Source: an uncultured Microbacterium sp. (GTDB lineage Bacteria; Actinomycetota; Actinomycetes; Actinomycetales; Microbacteriaceae). From it: a stretch of 64,000 bases of DNA. The stretch covers positions 25,740 to 89,739 of the forward strand of contig CAZBZR010000006.1 in the NCBI GenBank assembly GCA_964496445.1, given 5' to 3'. The translations under genes and the position numbers were made by a program. Below are positions 57,177-64,000 of this stretch, in pieces (position 1 is the stretch's first letter; the number at the start of each line of letters is the position of its first letter). The notes beneath the pieces are model-generated. The model was not told where the DNA came from. It saw only the letters and a list, made by a program, of their open reading frames with translations, and did not search any database.

Positions 57177-58949
57177 GTGGACCCCTTCGAGCGCGCTGCC
57201 TCCGGCCGCGCCCGGGCATCCGCATCCGCGCCGCTGCTGAGCGTGCGCGACCTCGCCGTCACCTACGAGGGCGCCGCGCTCACCCGGCCGTCCGCCGCCA
57301 CGTTCGACGTGTCCCCCGGCGAGGTCGTCCTGCTCCTCGGCCCCAGCGGCTCGGGCAAGTCCACGCTCGCCCTCACCCTCAACGGGCTCATCCCGCACGC
57401 CGTGCCGGCCGATGCCACCGGCCGCGTCGTGGTCGCCGGGATGGATGCCGCCGACACCCCCGTCGCCACGCTCAGCACGCACGTGGCGATGGTGTTCCAG
57501 GACCCGGATGCGCAGCTGGTGACCGGAAGCGTCCTCGACGAGGTGGCCTTCGGCCCGGAGAATCTGCTGCTGCCCGCCGACGTCGTCCTCGCGCGCGCCG
57601 AGGAGAGCCTGCGCCGGGTGGGGCTGTGGGAGCGGCGGGGCGAGAACCCCGATGCCCTGTCCGGCGGCGGACGCCAGCGCCTCGCGATCGCGGCGGCCCT
57701 CGCGATGGGCGCCCCGCTGCTCGTGCTCGACGAGCCGACCGCCAATCTCGATCCCGCCGGCATCGAGGAGGTCTACGCGGCCCTCGCCGACGTCGTGGCC
57801 ACGGGCGACCGGGCGATCGTGCTCGTGGAGCACAACCTCGACGCCGCCATGGACCTCGTCGACCGCGTGGTGGTCCTGGATGCCGCCGGCGCGGTGATCG
57901 CCGAGGGCCCTGCGCGCACCGTGCTGCGTGAGCGCGCAGCCGAGCTCCGGGCGACCGGCGTGTGGCTTCCGACCGCGACGCTGGCCGCCCTGCGCCTGCG
58001 CGCCGCCGGCTACGCGATCGACCCGCTCCCACTCACCCCCGCGGAGCTGCACGCCGCGCTCGCCGCGCTCCCGGCCGCATCCGGCCCCGCCCCGCCCGCC
58101 CCTCGCAGCGCGCGGCACGCGGCACCGGATGCCGCGCCGCTCGTGCGCGTGCGGGGTCTCGAGGTCGTCCGGGGCCGGGGACGCGAGCGCCGCCGGGTGC
58201 TGCAGGGGGTCGACCTCGACATCGCCGCCGGCGAGTTCGTGGCGATCGTGGGAGCCAACGGCGCCGGGAAGACCACGCTCGCCCAGGCGATCGCGGGGGT
58301 GCGCCGGCCGCCGCGGGGCACCGTGACCGTCGCCGGCGACGACATCGCACGCCTGGACCCGCGGCGGCTGTCCGCACGCATCGGGTTCGTGTTCCAGAAC
58401 CCCGAGCACCAGTTCATCGCGGCGACCGTCTTCGACGAGATCGCGCACGGGCTGCGGCTGCAGGGGCTGCCCGAGCAGGCCGTCACCGCCCGGACGAACG
58501 AGATGCTCGACCGGTTCGGGCTCTCGCCACTGGCGGAGGTGCACCCGTTCCTCCTCTCCGGCGGACAGAAGCGGCGGCTCTCGGTGGGGACGGCCCTCGT
58601 CGCGGGGGCGGAGGTCGTCGTGCTGGACGAGCCCACGTTCGGGCAGGACCGCGCACGCGCCGACGCGCTCCTGCGCCTCCTGTCCGACCTGCGGAACGCG
58701 GGGACGGCGATCATCGTGGTGTCGCACGACATGCAGCTCGTCGCCGAGCACGCCGACCGGATGATCGTGATGGAGGCCGGGCGGATCGCGGCCGCCGCGC
58801 CCACCGCCGCGGTCTTCGCCGACGAGGCGCTGCTGCGGCGGGCGGGCCTGCGCCACCCGCCCCTCGGCCGCGCGCTGCAGTCGCTGCCCGCGCATCCCGA
58901 GCTCGACGGCCTCACGCGCCTCGCCGACCTGCCCGGGGGTACGTCGTGA
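57177..58949 (+). CDS. ECF transporter fused double ATPase (YkoD-like)
   Basis: GPSGSGKST, VFQDPD, LSGGGRQR, DEPTANLD; second NBD GANGAGKT, FQNPEHQF, LSGGQKRR. Confidence 0.93.
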   Translation: MDPFERAASGRARASASAPLLSVRDLAVTYEGAALTRPSAATFDVSPGEVVLLLGPSGSGKSTLALTLNGLIPHAVPADATGRVVVAGMDAADTPVATLSTHVAMVFQDPDAQLVTGSVLDEVAFGPENLLLPADVVLARAEESLRRVGLWERRGENPDALSGGGRQRLAIAAALAMGAPLLVLDEPTANLDPAGIEEVYAALADVVATGDRAIVLVEHNLDAAMDLVDRVVVLDAAGAVIAEGPARTVLRERAAELRATGVWLPTATLAALRLRAAGYAIDPLPLTPAELHAALAALPAASGPAPPAPRSARHAAPDAAPLVRVRGLEVVRGRGRERRRVLQGVDLDIAAGEFVAIVGANGAGKTTLAQAIAGVRRPPRGTVTVAGDDIARLDPRRLSARIGFVFQNPEHQFIAATVFDEIAHGLRLQGLPEQAVTARTNEMLDRFGLSPLAEVHPFLLSGGQKRRLSVGTALVAGAEVVVLDEPTFGQDRARADALLRLLSDLRNAGTAIIVVSHDMQLVAEHADRMIVMEAGRIAAAAPTAAVFADEALLRRAGLRHPPLGRALQSLPAHPELDGLTRLADLPGGTS

Positions 58950-59761
58950 CGCTCCTCGCCGACCCCTACGCCCCGGTCGCGCCCGCCGGAGGCGTGCGGT
59001 TCCTCGCGGCCCTGAACCCGCTGGCGAAGATCGCCGGTCCGCTCCCGGCCATGCTGCTGCTCGTCTTCGTCCGCGACCTGTCCACGCCGCTGGCCTTCCT
59101 CGCGCTGGCCTACGCGGTGCTGCTGGTCGGTGCGCGGTGGTCGGCGCGCACGGCGCTCGTGCTCTTCGTCGCGGTGCCCACGGGCATCACCGCCGTCGGC
59201 GCGGGGTTCTCGCTGTGGGCGGATGCCGCGCAGGTCGACGACACCGCCGCGGTGCTGCAGGTGGGCGCCTGGACCCTCTACGCCGGCGCGCTCGAGGCCG
59301 GCTTCGGCACGGCGCTCCGACTGGGAGCCATCCTCGCCCTCGCGCTCATCGGCGGCATGAGCACGACGGGGACCGACCTCGTGCGCGCCCTCGTGCAGCA
59401 GCTGCGCGTGCCCTACCGCGTCGGCTACACGGCTCTGGCCGCCTTCCGCTTCGTCCCGCGCTTCGGGTACGAGCTGGATGTCATCCGCGCCGCCCATCGC
59501 GTGCGCGGCGCCGCGCGGGGCCGGGGGCCGTTCGCAGCGACCGCGCGCGCCGGAGGCTACGTCGTTCCGCTCCTGGCCGGCGGCATCCGTCACGCCGAGC
59601 GCGTCGCGCTGGCCATGGACGCGCGCGCCTTCGGCGCGCATCCGCAGCGCACCGAACGGCATCTCGTGCCCTTCCGCTCGCGCGACGTGGCGTTCATCCT
59701 GGTGTTCTGGGCGCTCACGGCGGCGCTGCTGTGGGCGCTGCCCCCGTGGTCCGCGGGCTGA
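58946..59761 (+). CDS. ECF transporter T component (EcfT/CbiQ family)
   Basis: LNPLAK, AFRFVP, RVRG, AMDARAF. GTGA overlap with the ATPase stop. Confidence 0.92.
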   Translation: MTLLADPYAPVAPAGGVRFLAALNPLAKIAGPLPAMLLLVFVRDLSTPLAFLALAYAVLLVGARWSARTALVLFVAVPTGITAVGAGFSLWADAAQVDDTAAVLQVGAWTLYAGALEAGFGTALRLGAILALALIGGMSTTGTDLVRALVQQLRVPYRVGYTALAAFRFVPRFGYELDVIRAAHRVRGAARGRGPFAATARAGGYVVPLLAGGIRHAERVALAMDARAFGAHPQRTERHLVPFRSRDVAFILVFWALTAALLWALPPWSAG

Positions 59762-59861
59762 GCGCACCGCTCCCCGTCCGGCCGGTCATACCGGGGCGCC
59801 GTCTCTCCTCCCCCTAGAATCGTGCGGACGCTCGGGGGAGCGCGCAGAAGGGATCGGCGTC

Positions 59862-61088
59862 ATGGCGCGGCGACGCAGCACGGTGGCTCGGCACGCACGC
59901 CTGCGCTCGCCGAGCATCACCGGCCAGGTTCTGACGCTCGTCGCGGTGGCCCTGGCCGTCGTGCTCGTCGCCGCCGGCGGCACGCTGACGTATGCGACGT
60001 ACGATCTGGCCGCGAGCTTCACCGCCGACGCCGTCGAGCTCGAAGACCAGCCCGCCCCGCCGCCGGACATCGGGCAGATCGAGGGCGGCGTGAACCTCCT
60101 CGTCACCGGCATCGACGAGTGCGAGCCGGAGTACGCGCACTTCTTCGGCGCGCGATGCACGGGAGCGGATGCCGCGGGCAAGCTCAACGACGTCAACATC
60201 CTGCTGCACATCTCCGACAGCCCCCGGCGCGTGACGGTGATCTCCTTCCCGCGCGACCTCATCCTGCAGGGCGCCCCGTGCACCCGCGCCGACGGCTCCC
60301 GCTGGGGCGGGGGCACGGTGCAGATCAATGAGTTGTACTCGATCGGCGGGCTCGGCTGCGTGGTCAACACCGTCTCCGACCTCAGCGATCAGCCGATCCC
60401 CTTCGGCGCGACGGTGAGCTTCGGCGGCGTGATCGAGATCACGGATGCGGTGGGCGGCGTCGAGGTGTGCCTCGCGCGGGGAATGCGTGATCGCAACACC
60501 GGCATCGACTGGCCGGCCGGCGCGCGCACGATCGCCGGGATCGAGGCTCTGCAGTTCCTGCGCACGCGCTACGGCGTCGGCGGCAGCGACCTCGCCCGCA
60601 TCAGCAACCAGCAGCAGTACATGTCGCGCCTGGCGCGCAAGCTCGTGAGCGAGGAGGTGCTGAGCGATCCGGCCACCCTCTACCGCCTCGCCTCCACCGC
60701 GCTGCGCAACGTCGACCCGACCACGACCCTCACCAATCCGCTGACCCTGGTGCAGATCGCCCTCGCCGTGAAGGACGTGCCCTTCGAGGAAATCGTCTCC
60801 GTGCAGTACCCGACCGTGGCCGCGCGGTCCGACCCCAACCGCGTCGAGCCGAACTTCGCCGCTGCCGCGCCGCTGTGGCAGGCGCTCGCCGAGAACCGGC
60901 CGATCGAGCTCACCGGCCGCGTGGGCGCCAACAACGGCGTGATCGAGGTGACCCCCGAGCAGCCGGTGGATCCGTCGGCGCCCGCCTCGCCCGACCCGAC
61001 GCCGACTGACGTCGTGGCGCTGCCCTCCAGCATCACGGGGTCGACCGCGGCGCAGGAGACCTGCTCCGCCGGCAACCTCTCGCAGTAG
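59862..61088 (+). CDS. LCP (LytR-CpsA-Psr) family cell-wall glycopolymer ligase
   Basis: N-terminal TM; ISFPRD, DAVGGVEVC, ALQFLRTR, SDLARISNQQ. Confidence 0.92.
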   Translation: MARRRSTVARHARLRSPSITGQVLTLVAVALAVVLVAAGGTLTYATYDLAASFTADAVELEDQPAPPPDIGQIEGGVNLLVTGIDECEPEYAHFFGARCTGADAAGKLNDVNILLHISDSPRRVTVISFPRDLILQGAPCTRADGSRWGGGTVQINELYSIGGLGCVVNTVSDLSDQPIPFGATVSFGGVIEITDAVGGVEVCLARGMRDRNTGIDWPAGARTIAGIEALQFLRTRYGVGGSDLARISNQQQYMSRLARKLVSEEVLSDPATLYRLASTALRNVDPTTTLTNPLTLVQIALAVKDVPFEEIVSVQYPTVAARSDPNRVEPNFAAAAPLWQALAENRPIELTGRVGANNGVIEVTPEQPVDPSAPASPDPTPTDVVALPSSITGSTAAQETCSAGNLSQ

Positions 61089-61094
61089 CCCGGG

Positions 61095-62258
61095 TCAGCG
61101 CCGTCCGGTGATCTGACGGGCGACGAGGTCGCGCATGATCTCGTTCGTGCCGCCGTAGATGCGGTGCACGCGGGCATCCAGGAACGCGCGCGCGATCGGG
61201 TACTCGGTGATGTAGCCGTAGCCGCCGTGCAGCTGCACGCCCTGATCCAGCAGCTCCCACTCGCGGTCGGTCGCCCACATCTTCACCTTCGCGGCCTCTT
61301 CGGCCGTGAGCTTGGCGTCCTTGTACAGCGTCATCGCGCGGTCGATGTAGGCCCACATGACATCGACGGTGGTGGCCATGTCGGCCAGCGCGAAGCGCGT
61401 GTTCTGGAAGTCGGCGATCGGCTGCCCGAACGCCTCGCGGCTCAGGGTGTAGTCGCGGGTCCACACGAACGCCGCCTCGCCGGCCGCGGCAGCGGCGACA
61501 CCGATCGACAGGCGCTCGAGCGGCAGGTTCATCATGATCTGGACGACGCCCTGACCCTCGGCACCGCCGATGAGGTTCTCCTCCGGCACGAACACGTCGG
61601 AGAAGGACATCTCCGCGGTGTCCCAGCCGTGGAAGCCCATCTTCTCGAGCTTCTTGCTGTGGTCGAATCCGGGCATGCCGTCTTCGAGGATGAGGAGGCT
61701 GAAGGCGTCGGGGCGGTTGCCCTCGCCGGTCTTGACGAAGGTGACGACGATGTCGGCGGTCTTGCCGGAGGAGATGAAGGTCTTCGCACCGTTGACGAGG
61801 TACCCGCCGTCGACCTTCTTGGCCGTCGTCTTGATGCCGCGGAGGTCGCTGCCGGTGCCGGGCTCGGTCATCGCGAGGGCCCCGAGGATCTCGCCGGTGG
61901 CCATGCGCGGGAGCCACTTCTCCTTCTGCGCCTGCGTGCCCATGTGGGCGATGTAGGGCACGGCGAGGTCGTCCTGGATCCCCAGGGCCCCGGCGAGGGA
62001 GCCCAGACCCGCCCCGATGACCTCCTCGAGCACGACCGCGCGGAAGCGGTAGTCCTGGAGCATCCCCGCGCCGCCGAACTCCTCCGGCACCGACAGCCCG
62101 ATGATGCCGGCCTCGCCGGCGGCGAGCATGGTCGCGCGGTCGATCTCGCCGTCGGCATCCCACTGCCGGCGCTTGTCGTCGGTGGCGTAGCGCTTGACGA
62201 ACTCCTTCACGACGTCGCGGAACGCCTCGTGGTCTTCGTCGTAGATGTCGCGGTCCAT
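61095..62258 (-). CDS. Acyl-CoA dehydrogenase
   Basis: AMTEPGTGSDL, NGAKTFIS, ERL, REAFG, QLHGGYGY, IYGGTNEIM. Confidence 0.96.
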   Translation of the reverse strand: MDRDIYDEDHEAFRDVVKEFVKRYATDDKRRQWDADGEIDRATMLAAGEAGIIGLSVPEEFGGAGMLQDYRFRAVVLEEVIGAGLGSLAGALGIQDDLAVPYIAHMGTQAQKEKWLPRMATGEILGALAMTEPGTGSDLRGIKTTAKKVDGGYLVNGAKTFISSGKTADIVVTFVKTGEGNRPDAFSLLILEDGMPGFDHSKKLEKMGFHGWDTAEMSFSDVFVPEENLIGGAEGQGVVQIMMNLPLERLSIGVAAAAAGEAAFVWTRDYTLSREAFGQPIADFQNTRFALADMATTVDVMWAYIDRAMTLYKDAKLTAEEAAKVKMWATDREWELLDQGVQLHGGYGYITEYPIARAFLDARVHRIYGGTNEIMRDLVARQITGRR

Positions 62259-62303
62259 CAGAGGCCCCTCTGCTTCCAGTGGTGCGGGTCGCGGCGCGAC
62301 CCA

Positions 62304-62344
62304 GTGTCACGTATCAGGATACGGAGTTTCACGATACGCGACAC
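62304..62344. promoter_or_regulatory. Nested palindromic operator candidate upstream of the ACAD gene
   Basis: GTGTCACGTATC..GATACGCGACAC (11/12 inverted) overlapping CGTATC-AG-GATACG. Confidence 0.5.
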
Positions 62345-62382
62345 CCTGCCGCCCCCCCACACGCGGGCGCCGGCCGGCGCGG

Positions 62383-63450
62383 TCAGCCCGCGTAGTCAGG
62401 GGCCGGCGGCAGCGCGAAGAACTCCTCCAGCGTCGTCCACCCGCCCGCCGCGTACGCGCGGGCGAGTTCGGTGCCGATGTAGCGGAGGTGCCACGGCTCC
62501 GACGCGTAGCCGGTGACATCCGTGCGCCCTTCGGCGTAGCGCACGATCCAGCCGTACTCCGCGGCGTGGGCGGCGATCCACGCGCCCTGCGCCGAGGCGG
62601 CGAGGTCGTCGATCGAGCGGCACGCCCCGTCGCACGGCACGACGTCGGCGGTGAGCCCGGACTGGTGCTCGCTGAACCCGGGTCGCGCGCTCACGAGGTC
62701 CGCTCCGGCCACGCCCCGGTCGGCGACGTGCCCGTCGTAGGTCTGCTGCTGCGTCGCGTGGGAGCGGTACGCGCTCTCCACGGCGATCTCGCCGGCGCCC
62801 GCCTCGGCCGCCGCGCGCACGAGCGCGGTGAGCGCCCCGGCGGCCTCGGGGCGGAGGGCCACCTCATCGAGTGTGCGCACGCCCTCCGGGATGGCGAGCT
62901 CCGGGGGCGCCCAGTCGGCCGGCGCGTACGGGCGGAGCTTGTTGACCACGGTCCACGTGCGCGCGGGGTCGTCGAGCCGTACGCACGGCGCGAGCCCCGC
63001 GGCCACCGTGGCGCGGAACGGCTCGCCGCCGCCGAACGCGGCGATGAGCGCGCCGTCGTCCCCCGCGGCGAGCGCGGCGACGACGGCGGGCTGCTCGCAC
63101 ACGGTGCCGGCCGAGACGGCCGCGGGGGTGAGGGAGGGCGTCGGCAGGCCCTCGGGCGGCAGGCTCTCCACGCGCACCTGGAGGGGCTCACGTGGTGCGT
63201 CGGAGGGCGACGGGGCCGCCGGAGCCGCCGAGACGGGCATGGGCGGGGCGGATGCGGCCAGGCCCCCGCCCACCGCCGCGGTCGCGCCGGCGGCGACGAC
63301 CACGGCCGCAGCGAACGCCGCGAGCGCGCCGCGGCCGCCCTCGTGGCGACGGGCGTGACGCGCCCGCACCTCGTCCGAAGGGGCGCGGCGGCGCCGCCGC
63401 GCGGCGCGGAGATCGCGGCGGGAGAGGGTGTGCACGTCGGGGGCCGTCAC
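62383..63450 (-). CDS. M15B D,D-carboxypeptidase (VanY-like)
   Basis: VVNK, SAYRS, SARPGFSEHQSGLTAD, EPWHLRY; N-terminal TM. Confidence 0.92.
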   Translation of the reverse strand: MTAPDVHTLSRRDLRAARRRRRAPSDEVRARHARRHEGGRGALAAFAAAVVVAAGATAAVGGGLAASAPPMPVSAAPAAPSPSDAPREPLQVRVESLPPEGLPTPSLTPAAVSAGTVCEQPAVVAALAAGDDGALIAAFGGGEPFRATVAAGLAPCVRLDDPARTWTVVNKLRPYAPADWAPPELAIPEGVRTLDEVALRPEAAGALTALVRAAAEAGAGEIAVESAYRSHATQQQTYDGHVADRGVAGADLVSARPGFSEHQSGLTADVVPCDGACRSIDDLAASAQGAWIAAHAAEYGWIVRYAEGRTDVTGYASEPWHLRYIGTELARAYAAGGWTTLEEFFALPPAPDYAG

Positions 63451-63501
63451 GGTCCCATTGTCCCCGGAGGGTCGGCGCACGTCGAATCACGCGAGCGGCA
63501 T

Positions 63502-63515
63502 CGAATCTCTGTTCT
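63502..63515. promoter_or_regulatory. LexA (SOS) box candidate
   Basis: CGAAT-CTCT-GTTCT versus CGAAC-N4-GTTCG (8/10), upstream of the radical SAM gene. Confidence 0.5.
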
Positions 63516-63559
63516 CCTCCCTTCTTGACAGAGATTCGTGCTTATGTTCCCCTGAGGAG

Positions 63560-64000
63560 ATGCGATGGCAAGGACAGCAGCTCGGCGTCGACGACCCCGC
63601 GGCCCTCCCGGGGATGGAGCGGATGGACGGCCTGGTGCGCTCGGTGACCACCCTGGAATTCGCCGGGATGACCTTCCACGAGGTGCTGTGCAAGAGCGCG
63701 TTGAACCGCGTGCCCGGAGCATCCGCCATGCCCTTCGATTGGACCGTGAACCCGTACCGGGGCTGCAGCCATGCGTGCACGTACTGCTTCGCCCGCGGCA
63801 CGCACGAGTACCTCGAGCTGGATGCCGGGAGCGACTTCGATTCCCAGATCATCGTGAAGGTCAACGTCGCCGAGGTGCTGCGGGCCGAGCTGCGCCGGGG
63901 GTCGTGGGCGCGCGAGCCGGTGATGCTCGGCACGAATACCGATCCGTACCAGCGGGCGGAGGGCCGCTACCGCCTGATGCCGCAGATCGTCGAGGCGCTC
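63560..64000 (+). CDS. Rv2578c/SplB-like radical SAM protein; runs off the window end
   Basis: Not in the ORF track because there is no stop. Reads MRWQGQQLG..HEVLCKSALNRVP..NPYRGCSHACTYCFAR..GTNTDPYQRAE (CxxxCxxC). Confidence 0.92.
   Translation, partial: MRWQGQQLGVDDPAALPGMERMDGLVRSVTTLEFAGMTFHEVLCKSALNRVPGASAMPFDWTVNPYRGCSHACTYCFARGTHEYLELDAGSDFDSQIIVKVNVAEVLRAELRRGSWAREPVMLGTNTDPYQRAEGRYRLMPQIVEAL

Overview
A very GC-rich actinobacterial chromosome segment; gene content and protein style suggest Microbacteriaceae, probably Microbacterium (inference). It holds about 45 tightly packed genes. I saw no tRNA, rRNA, CRISPR array, transposase or prophage genes. Main blocks: (i) envelope and metabolic genes (polysaccharide deacetylase, GT2-GtrA, redoxin, kynureninase-ALDH-GMC, pip, Zn peptidase, CPA1 antiporter); (ii) a NarL-type two-component system with a DUF4097 gene; (iii) a DeoR-linked catabolic operon for an unknown sugar (ABC importer, DhaK/DhaL, BtpA/SgcQ, FGGY kinase, M29 metallopeptidase-like protein, Zn-ADH); (iv) a 14.8-kb operon like the bifidobacterial PFNA operon (2023-aa Ig/FN3 surface protein, MoxR, DUF58, a transglutaminase-like protein lacking the catalytic Cys, two FHA proteins, PP2C, Ser/Thr kinase); (v) DNA-repair and helicase genes (class II UvrA, DEAD-box, Tag, RecQ), two with PafBC-type promoter motifs; (vi) a subtilase, a Yko-like ECF transporter with an internal IdeR/DtxR-like box, LCP, ACAD, M15 peptidase and an Rv2578c-like radical SAM gene. 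Non-coding highlights are two families of fixed-length palindromic elements and an apparent excess of GGATGC/GCATCC. The 78-bp family has two copies, one inside the kinase/regulator junction and flanked by a 14-bp duplication. The 82-bp family forms a four-unit array. All calls are by-eye motif recognition; no database searches were run.
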